This document shows positions 1 through 10,573 of a stretch of DNA of 64,000 nucleotides, in pieces (the stretch's first letter is position 1; the number at the start of each line of letters is the position of its first letter). This DNA comes from an uncultured virus (IMG/VR IMGVR_UViG_3300032287_001571) (Duplodnaviria > Heunggongvirae > Uroviricota > Caudoviricetes): IMG/VR virus record IMGVR_UViG_3300032287_001571. One strand, given 5' to 3'. The notes below the pieces were generated by a model. That model searched no databases. It saw nothing but the letters and a program-made list of their open reading frames with translations, and had not been told where the DNA came from. Both the position numbers and the translations under genes were made by a program.

Positions 1-1
1 C

Positions 2-661
2 CACGGAATCACGCCGATGTACATCTCGTTTGAGATGAGCATTGAGGAGCAGGAGGCACGCTACGACGCCATCGTCGCAGGTGTGTCCCACAACAAAATC
101 ATCCGTGGTGACTTGACACTGGGGGAACTGGAGCGCATTGAGAACGCCATCAAGGTGCGCAAGAACATGCACCCGTTCATCATGACAGAGGACTCGTCGT
201 CACTCACCACCGTCAGCGCCATCGCAGGGAAGGTCCAGCAGTACCGACCTGGTCTCATCATTGTTGACGGCGTGTACCTCATGGACGACGAGAACGGGGA
301 ACCAAAGGGAAGCCCGCAGGCTCTCACCAACATCACCCGTTCCCTGAAGAGGCTGGCCCAGCGGTTTGATGTGCCGTTGATTGGGACCACTCAGGTGCTG
401 GCGTGGAAACTGGGCAACAAGAAATCCCGTGCCATCACATCCGACTCCATCGGTTACACATCATCGTTCGCACAGGACTCGGACCTCATCCTCGGTGTTG
501 AGTCCGACCCTGACATAGACAACCAAGCAATCATCCGTGTCGTCCTGGCCCGAACCGCCCCCAAGGGTGAGATTCGCATCAAGTGGGACTGGGACAACAT
601 GGACTTCACTGAAGTAGGGGAGGATGACGACAATGACGACAAAGATGGTTGGGACTACTGA
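2..661 (+). CDS. dnaB: DnaB-like replicative helicase, C-terminal part (5' end outside window)
   Basis: YISFEMS, IIVDGVYLM and 'TTQ...DSIGYTSSFAQDSDLIL' match DnaB motifs H1a/H2/H3/H4; lies directly upstream of the primase. Confidence 0.9.
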   Translation, partial: HGITPMYISFEMSIEEQEARYDAIVAGVSHNKIIRGDLTLGELERIENAIKVRKNMHPFIMTEDSSSLTTVSAIAGKVQQYRPGLIIVDGVYLMDDENGEPKGSPQALTNITRSLKRLAQRFDVPLIGTTQVLAWKLGNKKSRAITSDSIGYTSSFAQDSDLILGVESDPDIDNQAIIRVVLARTAPKGEIRIKWDWDNMDFTEVGEDDDNDDKDGWDY

Positions 662-1535
662 CCTCGCCGATTTCCTCATGTCCATCGGAGTGGATGTGAG
701 GAGGTCGGGGCAGGAGATTTCTGCGAGGTGCCCTGTTCACCTGTCACGCACAGGCAAGGAGGACAGGTCGCCTTCGTGGTCCATGAACTCCGAGACTGGG
801 TTGTGGTTGTGCTACTCGTGCGGCGCTCGTGGAACCCTCAACGGTCTGGTCAGGGAACTCACTGGCAAGGATTCTGTTGATGTGTCCATGATGCTGATGA
901 ACAACAGCGTTGAGCAGTTGGGTATGCCGAAAGTGGAGAAGGTGGTTGAACCAAACATCCATGATTTCCTGCGCTACCCGTCCGTGCCTAAGAAGTATCT
1001 GCGCACCCGTGGCCTGTCAGAGGAAGCGGCATCTGAGTACGGCATCAGGTGGGATGACAAGAACCAGTCTTGGATTATCCCGATTATTGACGAAGAAGGG
1101 CACCTGCTGGGATGGCAGGAGAAGAACACCAACTACACACGGAACCATCCACTCGGGGTCAAGAAGGGAACCACCCTGTTCGGCATTGAGCGTGTCCAGT
1201 ACCCGACCATTGTTCTGGTTGAGTCCCCTCTTGATGTCGTGCGGTTCGCATCCTCGTTCTCTGGCATGTCATGTGTGGCCACCTTCGGAGCACAGATAAG
1301 CAAGAAGCAGATGTCGTTGCTGTCCGACATGGCGTCCCGACTCATCGTCGCTCTGGACAATGACGAGGCTGGGACAGCATCCGCAAAGAAGATATTCTCC
1401 GACATGCCACACCTTCGTGGGGGCGTGTACTGGTTGAAGTACTCCCACACACACGCCAAGGACATCGGCGACATGACAGAAGACGAGATTGAGCAGGCCA
1501 TCCTCGGTGCCTCAGTCGTCCCATGGTGGGTGTGA
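645..1535 (+). CDS. DNA primase (CHC2 zinc finger + TOPRIM)
   Basis: CPVH...CYSC zinc ribbon; VLVESPLD and ALDNDEAG TOPRIM motifs; KDIGD. Confidence 0.9.
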   Translation: MVGTTDLADFLMSIGVDVRRSGQEISARCPVHLSRTGKEDRSPSWSMNSETGLWLCYSCGARGTLNGLVRELTGKDSVDVSMMLMNNSVEQLGMPKVEKVVEPNIHDFLRYPSVPKKYLRTRGLSEEAASEYGIRWDDKNQSWIIPIIDEEGHLLGWQEKNTNYTRNHPLGVKKGTTLFGIERVQYPTIVLVESPLDVVRFASSFSGMSCVATFGAQISKKQMSLLSDMASRLIVALDNDEAGTASAKKIFSDMPHLRGGVYWLKYSHTHAKDIGDMTEDEIEQAILGASVVPWWV

Positions 1536-3076
1536 TGTTCAAGGGAACGCTCTACCCATTCCAACAGGAAGCATCCCAGAGGATGGTTGACAAGGGGCAG
1601 ATGTTGCTTGCCATGGTCATGGGCGCTGGCAAGACGGTCACCACCATCTCGGCACTGGAAGAACTGATTGCCACGAACGAGGTTGACCGTGTTCTTGTCG
1701 TCGTCCCGTCGTCGCTCAAGTATCAATGGCTGAGGGAAATCAAGAAGTTCACGGACTCCACCGCTGTCGTCATTGACGGGTCACCAAAGCAACGGGAAGC
1801 ACTCTGGCGCACGGCGACGAGGTGCCGTTATGTCATCGTCAACCCAGAGTGTCTCGTCAACGACCAGTCATACCTGACCCCCCTCAAGGCAAATGCTCTC
1901 GTCATTGACGAGGCCACGATGATTAAGTCACCCCGTGCCAAGAGGTCCAAACTTCTCAAGCGCATCGGCAAGAAGTTTCATTACCGATTCGCCCTCACGG
2001 GACAGCCGATTGAGAACAGGCCAGAAGAGTTGTTCTCAATCATGGAGTTCGTTGATGCCAGCGTCCTCGGTCGTTTTGATGTGTTTGACCGTACCTTCAT
2101 CGTCCGCAACCACTTCGGTGCCCCAGTCAGGTACCGCAACCTCCAGTCTCTGAATGACTCGCTGTCCGAGGTGATGGTCAGGAAGACGAGAGAAGACATC
2201 GCTGACCAACTACCAAAAGTAATCAACCAGGTAATACCTGTTCCGTTTGACAAAGCAGGAGCAACAGCATATGAACGAATCAGCAAGGACCTTGTCAACG
2301 AAATCAACAAGGCCATCACACAGCACGGCAGGGGCTTTGACCTGTGGGCGCACTACAACGGCGGGTCAGGCAACGATGCGCAAGGTCAGATTATGGCTCG
2401 CCTTACAGTGCTTCGCATGCTTTGCGATAACCCTCGGTTGGTGGTTGACAGTGCGAAATCGTATGACGACCCGTCACAGACGGACGGGAGTCAGTACGCC
2501 TCAGACATCATCAAGGCAGGATGGCTTTCCCCGTCCGCTAAGGCACCCAAACTAGAAGCAGTACTGGAATACATAACGGATGTGCTCAATGAAGACCCGA
2601 CTAACAAAGTGGTTCTATTCTCGTTCTTTAAGAAGAACCTACGACTTATCCAAGAGGCAACTAGAGGACTTACTGACAGCGTACTCTTCATGGGTGGTAT
2701 GGGAGCGGACGAAAGGGACCGTGCTAAACAGCGCTTCCAAACCGAAGATGGGGTTCGGCTCTTTCTATCCTCTGATGCGGGAGGCTATGGGGTGGACTTA
2801 CCACAGGCCAATTACCTCATCTCTTACGACCTCCCTTGGTCGGCTGGCAAACTGGACCAGAGGGACGCACGAATAATCAGGCTTTCCTCAACACACCCTC
2901 ATGTCACAATAACCTCGTTCGTTATGAAGGGGTCCATTGAGGAGCGCCAGTACGAGATGCTTCAGCAGAAGCGGGCCATCAACCAAGCATTCATTGACAA
3001 AAAATACGACAGTCAGGGAAAGTTTGACTTGTCCCTCGGTACCCTGTCAGAGTTCCTGTCCAACACGGAGGTATGA
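1535..3076 (+). CDS. SNF2-family helicase
   Basis: MGAGKT, IDEAT, LTGQPIEN, GYGVDL, DLPWS, ARIIR motifs; TGATG coupling to the primase. Confidence 0.9.
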   Translation: MFKGTLYPFQQEASQRMVDKGQMLLAMVMGAGKTVTTISALEELIATNEVDRVLVVVPSSLKYQWLREIKKFTDSTAVVIDGSPKQREALWRTATRCRYVIVNPECLVNDQSYLTPLKANALVIDEATMIKSPRAKRSKLLKRIGKKFHYRFALTGQPIENRPEELFSIMEFVDASVLGRFDVFDRTFIVRNHFGAPVRYRNLQSLNDSLSEVMVRKTREDIADQLPKVINQVIPVPFDKAGATAYERISKDLVNEINKAITQHGRGFDLWAHYNGGSGNDAQGQIMARLTVLRMLCDNPRLVVDSAKSYDDPSQTDGSQYASDIIKAGWLSPSAKAPKLEAVLEYITDVLNEDPTNKVVLFSFFKKNLRLIQEATRGLTDSVLFMGGMGADERDRAKQRFQTEDGVRLFLSSDAGGYGVDLPQANYLISYDLPWSAGKLDQRDARIIRLSSTHPHVTITSFVMKGSIEERQYEMLQQKRAINQAFIDKKYDSQGKFDLSLGTLSEFLSNTEV

Positions 3077-3077
3077 A

Positions 3078-3494
3078 ATGGAAAAGCGGGTCATTCGCAA
3101 GAGCGGAGACATGGACGAGGTCTATGTCCAGAAATTGGCAGAGGAGTTCAAGAAGTCCAAGGAGGCGCTCGCAGTCATTGAGAAGCGCACCAACGACATC
3201 AAGAAGGAACTGTCGGACCTCGTTGACAATCACGGCGTCGCCGACGACAGCGGTAACAAGTGGGTCCGTCTCGGCGACCTGCAACTGAAGCGGGAGCGTC
3301 GTGTGTCCCGAAACCTTGACCTAGACGCCGTCAAGGAGTGGGCGCTCGCCAACGGTCACTGGGAAGACATCAAGCAGGTCATTGAGGTCGTTGACGAGGA
3401 CAAACTGCTCGGGCTGGCATGGAACGACGAGGCCGTTGCCGAGCAGGTGGAACAGATGTATGTGGTCAAAGAGGTGTGGGCGTTCAAGGCATGA
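3078..3494 (+). CDS. hypothetical coiled-coil protein of the replication module
   Basis: GGAGG SD before ATG 3078; typical codon usage. Confidence 0.75.
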   Translation: MEKRVIRKSGDMDEVYVQKLAEEFKKSKEALAVIEKRTNDIKKELSDLVDNHGVADDSGNKWVRLGDLQLKRERRVSRNLDLDAVKEWALANGHWEDIKQVIEVVDEDKLLGLAWNDEAVAEQVEQMYVVKEVWAFKA

Positions 3495-3946
3495 AAGACC
3501 CGTTGGCGCTATTCAACGACCTGCCCGACTACCCAGGCAGGCGACGGCCCAAGAACAGGCCACTTGACCACACGGTCAAAACTATTGTTGTGAACGACCC
3601 CTTTGACGGCGTGCCCAGCAAGACAATGACCATCAAGGGGGAGACCAAGGAGTTCTACACCGTCGGTGCCGTGGCACAGGTGCTTGGTCGCACGGCGCAG
3701 ACCATCCGCAAGTGGGAACGCAAGGGCTGGATACCCGCCCCGACCTACCGCACGGTCAAGGCCAGCGGTGCTGAATCAATAAATGTTGCGTCAAAGGGTT
3801 ACCGCCTGTACTCTCGGGAACAGGTGGAGACACTGTGGAACATCCTGAACAAGTTGGACCTTCTAGGAGAACGGACTAAAACTTGGCAGGACACCAACAA
3901 GTGGGTATCATTCATCACTCTCGTACAGGCCGAGTGGCCCCGATAA
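3491..3946 (+). CDS. MerR-like HTH DNA-binding protein
   Basis: YTVGAVAQVLGRTAQTIRKWERKGWIP...GYRLYS. Confidence 0.8.
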   Translation: MKDPLALFNDLPDYPGRRRPKNRPLDHTVKTIVVNDPFDGVPSKTMTIKGETKEFYTVGAVAQVLGRTAQTIRKWERKGWIPAPTYRTVKASGAESINVASKGYRLYSREQVETLWNILNKLDLLGERTKTWQDTNKWVSFITLVQAEWPR

Positions 3947-3957
3947 CAGGAGGAATC

Positions 3958-4698
3958 ATGGGAAGATGGGACGAAGACTTTGAGGACGACGAGCAGGAGT
4001 TCGTTGAGCCGAAGAAGGCAGAGCCAGAACTGACACGCAAGACCATCGGCAATCGCCCGCAGGATGCGAAGTCCGACGAGGACATGGAGGCACCCAAGCA
4101 GGGTCTGCGTGTCGTCAAGGCGGGCTGGGGCTCGTCCGAGCGCACCAGCGGTGAGAGCGGTGAGTACGCCAAGCGTCTGAAGGTCACCAACGAAATCCAA
4201 ATCATCAAGTTCCTTGATGACGCCCCCTACGCTCGCTACCGCCAGCACTGGGTGGAGCGCAAGGGACAGATGTCCTTCACCTGCATCGCCGACTACGAGG
4301 CTGGCGTGACCTGCCCCCTCTGCGAGGCTGGCAACCGCCCGTCGTGGCGCTTCAACTTCAATGTGGTCCTGCTGACCCAAGGTGAGGAGCCCGTTCTCCG
4401 CTCCTACGAGGTTGGCGCACGGGTCATTGACCAGTTGAAGAACTTCAACGACCACCCTGCGATGGGACCGCTGTACAAGCACTACTGGACGGTGTCCCGC
4501 TCTGGCAAGGGCGCAACGACCTCCACCAACCACCAGATGGTTCGTGAGTCGGACTTGGCTGACTGGGGCCTCGCTCCCCTCACCAAGGATGCGCTCAACA
4601 CCTTCTCGGAGAACGCATACACGGACGACATCATCCGTATCCCGTCCCGCTCCACGCTCGCAGGCATCGCCATGGAGATTGCCGACGACACCGAGTGA
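3958..4698 (+). CDS. single-stranded DNA-binding protein (gp32-like)
   Basis: IIKFLD, QHWV, C...CPLC zinc motif, VSRSGKGATT, acidic termini; located before polA. Confidence 0.7.
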   Translation: MGRWDEDFEDDEQEFVEPKKAEPELTRKTIGNRPQDAKSDEDMEAPKQGLRVVKAGWGSSERTSGESGEYAKRLKVTNEIQIIKFLDDAPYARYRQHWVERKGQMSFTCIADYEAGVTCPLCEAGNRPSWRFNFNVVLLTQGEEPVLRSYEVGARVIDQLKNFNDHPAMGPLYKHYWTVSRSGKGATTSTNHQMVRESDLADWGLAPLTKDALNTFSENAYTDDIIRIPSRSTLAGIAMEIADDTE

Positions 4699-6752
4699 CC
4701 ATGGGGTACCGTGCAGTAACAACTGTCTCGGAACTCCGTGAGATGGTGGAGATTGTCCAGTCCCACGGGGCCTTCGCATTTGATGTGGAGACCCGTGGGA
4801 ATCTGGAACGGCACCCTGACCTGCTGGAGATGGCAGAACTGGAGTGGAAGAGCCACCTCGCCAAGTTGAAGGCTCCCACCCCTGAGGTGTCACGGAAAGC
4901 CAGAGAAGCCATAGAGGCTAGGTACAGTGGTGAACTGGCGCTGGACCCTCTGCGTAACGAGGTGTTCTGGCTTGCCATAGCCACACACGGTCATTCTTGG
5001 GCAATCCCCATGGGTCATCCTCTCGGTGTTGAGTTGGCACCAGAGGAGATTGGTGATGGCACCACTGTCCCGCCTCCTGGCTACAGGAAGGTACTGAAGA
5101 ACGGCGAAGAGTCCTTGGCCCGTGCTCGCTACCACATACCAGCGGTGTATGCGGACCCCCCAAAACAACTAGACCGAGCGACGGTGCTGGAGGAACTGCG
5201 CCCGCTGTTCTTCAGCGACATGGTCAAGGTCGGACACAATGTGAAGTTTGATGCCCGCTCCATCGGCAAGTACTACGGTGAACTGCCCCCTGGGCCGTTT
5301 TACGACACCATCTTGATGCAACACATCTTGGATGAGAACCTCATGTCGTACTCGCTGGAACATGTCGTCATCAACAACTTCAAGATGTCCTCCCATGGTC
5401 GTGAGGGAAAACTGGGCAAGACCATCACCACCGTTCCGTTTGACATGGCGACACGGTATGTCCATCTGGACGCCCGTTGGACATGGATGCTGTACACGAG
5501 GATGTGGCGCATCATCAGCAACCGAGAAGACCTTCTGTCGGCCTTCACCTTGGACACCGACTCCCTCCGTGTGCTCATGGAGATGGAGGACGAGGGAATC
5601 CTTGTGGACAGCAGGGCACTGAAGAAACTTGGCAAGGAACTGGACAAGCGCATCATGGACCTCGTGTTCGCCATCAGCGAGCATTCGTTCATCGGCTTCA
5701 ACCCAGACTCCAACCCCCACAAGCAGGCACTGTTGTTCAACAAGAAGCGTGAGGGCGGTCTCGGCCTCAAGCCAGTGAAGAAGACAGCCAAGGGTGCGCC
5801 ATCGGTGGACGAAGAGTCGCTACAGAAACTGAAGCACCAGCATCCAGTGATTGAACTTCTGATTGAGTACGCCGAAGTCAAGAAGTTGAAATCAACATAT
5901 GTGGAGGGGCTCATCCCCAAACTGAACGACAGCAGACTGCACCCGTCATTCCACCTCCACCGCACCGCCACTGGTCGCCTGTCCTCCAGCAATCCAAACC
6001 TCCAGAACATCCCCAGAGATTCCAGCATCAGGAGTCTGTTCGTGGCGCCAGACGGGTATCAACTGCTGGTGGCGGACTACGACCAGATTGAATTGCGGGT
6101 CATGGCAATGTTCTCTCAGGACAAGCAGATGAAGCGCATCTTCGTCAACAACGAGGACATTCACGCTGGTGCGGCGGCACTTCTGTACAAGAAGAGTTTG
6201 GCAGATGTGACAGCAGAAGAACGACAGGTCGGCAAGGGGGTCAACTTCCTCACCGCCTACGGTGGTGGGGCAGGCAAGTTGTCCGCCACCACTGGCATCT
6301 CCATGGATGAAGCCAGGGCGATGATTGACAACTACTACAAGCAGTTCAGCGGAATCACGGAGTGGAAGAAGGCGGTCATCCAGCGTGGACGCACCAAGGG
6401 GTATGTCTCCACCATGTCTGGTCGCCGTCGGCGCCTGCCAGAACTGTCCTCCAACGACGATGAGTTGCGTTCCCGTGCCGAGAGGCAGGCGGTCAACGCC
6501 GTGGTTCAGGGGTCAGCCGCTGACATATGCAAGCAGGCCATGGTGGACATCTCAGCGCTCCTCAGGGGCACGGGAGCCAAGTTGTTGGTCCAGGTCCATG
6601 ACGAACTGGTGGTGGCTGTCCCAGAGGACTTGGTGGAGGACATCCAGCCCAAGTTCATGGAGGCCATGGGGCACGGGAGGCTCGTGGAGGGCGTTCCTCT
6701 GCTAGTGTCCTGCCACACGGCATACAGTTGGGCAGAGGCTAAGGGCAAATGA
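4695..6752 (+). CDS. polA: DNA polymerase family A (3'-5' exonuclease + polymerase)
   Basis: FDVET, GHNVKFD, TATGRLSSSNPNLQNIP, ADYDQIELR, KGVNFLTAYG, QVHDE. Confidence 0.95.
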   Translation: MTMGYRAVTTVSELREMVEIVQSHGAFAFDVETRGNLERHPDLLEMAELEWKSHLAKLKAPTPEVSRKAREAIEARYSGELALDPLRNEVFWLAIATHGHSWAIPMGHPLGVELAPEEIGDGTTVPPPGYRKVLKNGEESLARARYHIPAVYADPPKQLDRATVLEELRPLFFSDMVKVGHNVKFDARSIGKYYGELPPGPFYDTILMQHILDENLMSYSLEHVVINNFKMSSHGREGKLGKTITTVPFDMATRYVHLDARWTWMLYTRMWRIISNREDLLSAFTLDTDSLRVLMEMEDEGILVDSRALKKLGKELDKRIMDLVFAISEHSFIGFNPDSNPHKQALLFNKKREGGLGLKPVKKTAKGAPSVDEESLQKLKHQHPVIELLIEYAEVKKLKSTYVEGLIPKLNDSRLHPSFHLHRTATGRLSSSNPNLQNIPRDSSIRSLFVAPDGYQLLVADYDQIELRVMAMFSQDKQMKRIFVNNEDIHAGAAALLYKKSLADVTAEERQVGKGVNFLTAYGGGAGKLSATTGISMDEARAMIDNYYKQFSGITEWKKAVIQRGRTKGYVSTMSGRRRRLPELSSNDDELRSRAERQAVNAVVQGSAADICKQAMVDISALLRGTGAKLLVQVHDELVVAVPEDLVEDIQPKFMEAMGHGRLVEGVPLLVSCHTAYSWAEAKGK

Positions 6753-7093
6753 GCGCAGTAGACAAACGGATGTTCTATCTCATGCTCTCCCCTGCCCAAG
6801 GACAGGAGTTCGCCAGTGAGATTGGTTTCTCCACCCCGTCAGAGGATGTACAAGAAGCCGAGACACTGGATGTCATCTCACGATGGGCGCTCATCACAGC
6901 CACGGGTCTGCTGGAGGAGATTCTCATCAGCGCCGATTGGGTGAGCGAACTACAGGAAGAAGACGACAACATCAGAGAAGATGTTCGTGAGGCTTTCCAC
7001 AAGACCATGACCTCGTTCGGCGTGGCACTTGTGAATAAACTACTTGACTCGGGAAAAGTCATATTGACCATGGAAGGAGACAGTGATGAGTGA
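6749..7093 (+). CDS. hypothetical protein
   Basis: ORF coupled (ATGA) to polA. Confidence 0.7.
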   Translation: MSAVDKRMFYLMLSPAQGQEFASEIGFSTPSEDVQEAETLDVISRWALITATGLLEEILISADWVSELQEEDDNIREDVREAFHKTMTSFGVALVNKLLDSGKVILTMEGDSDE

Positions 7094-7475
7094 TTGGTGG
7101 TCAAAGAAACTGGCGGGACAGCAACCCACACCACAGCGGTCGTACACGACCCCTCCCACTGCCCCGCCCAGTCGCATCCCACAACCAGCGCAGTCACCAC
7201 AGCCACAGCACACGGGGTCAGAGAGGCAGACCGTCCTTGACCCTAATCGTGACCCGTCGGAACAAATCACGATGGGCGAGGCTCTCCGTCTGTGGAAAGG
7301 TGGCGAGGCCATGCGCAAAGAAGGTAATCTCACTTGCCCAGACTGCGGGAGCATCTATGTGTTCAGCAGAACAGGCCGTGGTCACAGCACCATGATTAAC
7401 GGTGCGTCTCCCGCCCCTCGTTGCTACGAGTGCGGATGGAACGGGCTGTACGACCAAGCAATACCGAGAGGGTAG
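7086..7475 (+). CDS. hypothetical zinc-ribbon protein
   Basis: CPDC...CYEC; Pro-rich N-terminus. Confidence 0.7.
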   Translation: MSDWWSKKLAGQQPTPQRSYTTPPTAPPSRIPQPAQSPQPQHTGSERQTVLDPNRDPSEQITMGEALRLWKGGEAMRKEGNLTCPDCGSIYVFSRTGRGHSTMINGASPAPRCYECGWNGLYDQAIPRG

Positions 7476-7477
7476 AC

Positions 7478-8494
7478 ATGTCAGACTACGAATCACTCCA
7501 GACAATCATTTCTTCCATCAACAGGAAGTACGGGAACGGGAGCATCGTCAAGGGCTCCGATGTCCGTGAGATGATTCCCCGCATCACCACTGGCATGCTG
7601 TCCTACGACCTCATGCTCGGTGGCGGGTGGCCCGTCAACCAGTGGAGCGAAATCATCGGTGAGGAGTCCAGTGGTAAGACCGCCATTGCCTACAAGACGA
7701 TTGCCGCCAACCAGCAAGCAGACCCAGAGTTTTGCGCCCTGTGGATTGCGGCTGAGGACTTCGTTCCTGAATACGCCAAGGCCATCGGTGTGGACCTTGA
7801 CCGCCTCTGGATTGTGGAGAACAACATCATGGAGCAGGTGTATGACCTGTCCATCAGGGCTCTGGACAACCGTGCCGTTGACATGATTGTCATTGACTCG
7901 CTCCCCGCACTCGTGCCCGACGACGAGGCAGAGAAGATGATGGAGGAGTTCACGGTCGGTCTCGGCGCTCGCCTCACTGGCAAGTTCTTCCGCAAGTCGT
8001 CCAAGTCGCAGAAGCGCTCCCTGATTGAGGAGGACCGTGGTTGCACGGGCATCATCATCAACCAGTGGCGTGAGAAGATTGGCGTCATGTACGGCGACAA
8101 CCGCACCACTCCAGGTGGCAAGGCAAAGAACTTCCACTACTTCGCCCGTGTGGAGGTCAAGCGTGACGAGTGGCTGAAGTCCAAGGACGAGGTGGTGGGG
8201 CAGTCCATCAAGGGCAGGACTCTCAAGAACAAGACTCACCGTCCCCAGCAGAGCGCAGTGGTGGACTTCTATTTCACCGACACGGACAACTTCTCGTTCG
8301 GCTCGTTTGATGTCATCAAGGACATGGTCAACATCGGCATCGCCGCTGGTCTGATTGAGCGCTCTGGCGCCTTCTACTCCTACGCTGGAGAGCGTTGGCA
8401 GGGCAAGGAGAAGACCCTTGAGGGCATCCGTGAGGACGCTGGTATGCAGAGGCAGTTGCGTGAGCAGGTGTTCAACCACTACGGAGTGTCATGA
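7478..8494 (+). CDS. recA: RecA-like recombinase
   Basis: GEESSGKT, IVIDSLPAL, INQWREKIGVMYG..TTPGG. Confidence 0.95.
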   Translation: MSDYESLQTIISSINRKYGNGSIVKGSDVREMIPRITTGMLSYDLMLGGGWPVNQWSEIIGEESSGKTAIAYKTIAANQQADPEFCALWIAAEDFVPEYAKAIGVDLDRLWIVENNIMEQVYDLSIRALDNRAVDMIVIDSLPALVPDDEAEKMMEEFTVGLGARLTGKFFRKSSKSQKRSLIEEDRGCTGIIINQWREKIGVMYGDNRTTPGGKAKNFHYFARVEVKRDEWLKSKDEVVGQSIKGRTLKNKTHRPQQSAVVDFYFTDTDNFSFGSFDVIKDMVNIGIAAGLIERSGAFYSYAGERWQGKEKTLEGIREDAGMQRQLREQVFNHYGVS

Positions 8495-8820
8495 CCTTCG
8501 GTGCCGATGAGCGGAAGGCCATCCTCAAGAAATCACGCAAGCAGGAACAGAGAACAGCAAACTCCTACAGAGGTAGCAGAAACGCTGGCTCTGGTAGCGG
8601 ATGGTTGCGCAAGAATGATGTGCGCACCAGAGAGTTCCTGTTTGAGAACAAGTTGACCACTGGCACCAAGAGCATCACGCTCAAGGAGGTTGACCTCCGT
8701 GAGTTGACGGAGCGTGCCATCCTTGAGGACAGGACTCCAGTGCTACAGTTTGACCTCGCTGGTCGGCGCTACATAGTTCTCAACGAGGACGACTTCATGG
8801 AGATGACGGACAATGATTAG
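8491..8820 (+). CDS. PD-(D/E)xK nuclease / Holliday junction resolvase-like
   Basis: QE..A, GSGS, KNDV, ENK motifs. Confidence 0.7.
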   Translation: MTFGADERKAILKKSRKQEQRTANSYRGSRNAGSGSGWLRKNDVRTREFLFENKLTTGTKSITLKEVDLRELTERAILEDRTPVLQFDLAGRRYIVLNEDDFMEMTDND

Positions 8821-9739
8821 CCCCAAGGACATGAAGCGCATCCTCAACAGCCCGTACAGGCTTCTCCCCGTGGCAGAGCGGTACCTTCTTGAGAACAACT
8901 CCGAGAAGACCATGGAGAGAGACAAACTGCATCTCCATCCCTCGGAAATCTGCAAGAAAGACTGGTGCCCACGGCAGTCGTACTACCGCATCATCGGTCT
9001 TCCCGAGCCAGAAGAATCGTTTACTCTCCAAAGATTGAATGTGTTTGCCGAGGGTCATCTCATCCACCAGAAGTGGCAGGAATGGTTGACTAAGGCTGGT
9101 GTGCTCTCACAGTCGGAGGTGCCCATCTTCAACAAGGAGCACCGCATCATGGGGCATGCCGACGGCATAGTCACGGATAAGCAGGGCACCGCCGTCTTGG
9201 AAATCAAGAGCGTCGGCGTGGGGACAGTGCGCTTTGAGGACTACGGCCTGTTCGCACCATACGCCAAGAAAGAAATAACACTAGAGCAGTTGTGGGCCAG
9301 CATCAAGCACCCGTTTGACTCTCATGTACGGCAGTTGCAGTTGTACATGTACTGCCTCGGTATTGAGCACGGCATAATCCTGTACGAATGGAAGGCCACT
9401 CAAGAAGTCAAAGAGTTCAGTGTTGAGTACCAGCCAGAGTTGATTGCACCCATTCTGGCGTCGTGCATGTCGGTACAATCGTCTCTGGACGAAGAGATAC
9501 CACCGTCACGACCATTGTGGTTGTCGCCAGACCACAGGGTGTGCAAGAATTGTCCCTTCAAAGCGGAGTGTTGGAGAAATGAAAACAGTAGTGACAGACA
9601 ACAAGGTTCGGACAGTGGTTCGGGCTGGGGAACTGACAGAGGACGGGATGAGGAAGTTCTATTCCAAGTTCCAGTTACCAGACAGGCCGACGGAGCAGAT
9701 TCCCGAGATGCCCGACAACCTAGACGAGTTGTCCGATAG
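8813..9739 (+). CDS. Cas4-like PD-(D/E)xK exonuclease with Fe-S cysteines
   Basis: HPSEIC..WCPR, GHADG, EIKS, QLQLY, CKNCPFKAEC. Confidence 0.85.
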   Translation: MISPKDMKRILNSPYRLLPVAERYLLENNSEKTMERDKLHLHPSEICKKDWCPRQSYYRIIGLPEPEESFTLQRLNVFAEGHLIHQKWQEWLTKAGVLSQSEVPIFNKEHRIMGHADGIVTDKQGTAVLEIKSVGVGTVRFEDYGLFAPYAKKEITLEQLWASIKHPFDSHVRQLQLYMYCLGIEHGIILYEWKATQEVKEFSVEYQPELIAPILASCMSVQSSLDEEIPPSRPLWLSPDHRVCKNCPFKAECWRNENSSDRQQGSDSGSGWGTDRGRDEEVLFQVPVTRQADGADSRDARQPRRVVR

Positions 9740-10106
9740 CAGTCTGATGTCGTTGTACAACCAGTTCATGGCGTGGGTCTCCTACACCAAGGCAGAACTG
9801 GTTCAGGCAGAAATAGCAGAGGACCGTTCCGCCCACATCCTCAAGGTCACAGAGTCAAAGGCCATCATCGGGCAATGGGGAGAAAAGACCAAGGGCGACA
9901 CCGTGACCCTTGCCAAGGCACGCCGTGACCTTGACCCAGAGGTTCTGGAGGCTCAGGACATCCATCTAGAACGCAGGGCGTACCGCAAACTCGTAGACTC
10001 TGTGTTTGACAGGTGTGAGAAGAGCGCACAGGTTCTCAGCCGTGAATTGAGCCGACGCATCGGACTTGCCCCCAAGGAATACAGGCAGTCAAAGTACCTG
10101 CCATGA
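9579..10106 (+). CDS. hypothetical helical protein (possible recombination mediator)
   Basis: GGAG SD, coiled-coil, ends LSRELSRR; located in the recombination block. Confidence 0.6.
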   Translation: MKTVVTDNKVRTVVRAGELTEDGMRKFYSKFQLPDRPTEQIPEMPDNLDELSDSSLMSLYNQFMAWVSYTKAELVQAEIAEDRSAHILKVTESKAIIGQWGEKTKGDTVTLAKARRDLDPEVLEAQDIHLERRAYRKLVDSVFDRCEKSAQVLSRELSRRIGLAPKEYRQSKYLP

Positions 10107-10249
10107 GCGAGAGGGACAAACAGGACAAGCCTGTTGACCCGAAGCAGAGTCTTGAGTACTGGGTGGCTCTCTGCCAGAAATTGTTCAAAGAGAACGAAGA
10201 ACTTCGGGAAAAGTTGCGCTCATTCAGGGGCTACTAGTACGGTGTACCC

Positions 10250-10459
10250 ATGAGCATGTTTCTAGTTATCTTCGTGTTTTCTTGCGGGGTTCTGATGGTC
10301 CAGATAAATGCCTCGGGAAAGTATTCCGAGTACGAGGACAAGATTCGCAGGTACAAGAAGGTTCTGGAAAACCTGCAAGAAGAAAGACTTCGGTTGCTTC
10401 AGGCTGTAGACCACCTGGAATCGGAGAATAGGAGACTGGAGAGGTTGACCCATGGCTGA
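10250..10459 (+). CDS. small membrane-anchored coiled-coil protein
   Basis: hydrophobic N-terminus followed by a coiled coil. Confidence 0.55.
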   Translation: MSMFLVIFVFSCGVLMVQINASGKYSEYEDKIRRYKKVLENLQEERLRLLQAVDHLESENRRLERLTHG

Positions 10460-10573
10460 GTTTGTTTTGACCGTGATGGCAGTGGTTGTCGGGCAGTTTG
10501 CATACCACATGTTGCTTGCCCTCGCCGAAGGCATCTACAACCACAAGAAGTACAACAACGACGAATTGGACAT

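Noticed and set aside
3799..4893. Long antisense or alternate-frame ORFs (also 7493-8479, 34023-35039, 61509-62345 and others)
   Set aside because: Shadow ORFs of GC-rich genes; no SD or promoter and no motifs, and they overlap well-supported genes
4790..5190. Intein or intron in DNA polymerase
   Set aside because: There are extra segments in the exonuclease domain but no C/S...HN intein ends, no LAGLIDADG motif and no frame break
8813..9739. Cas4-like gene as evidence of a CRISPR-Cas system
   Set aside because: No cas1/cas2 and no repeat-spacer array; solo Cas4-like nucleases are common in phage recombination modules
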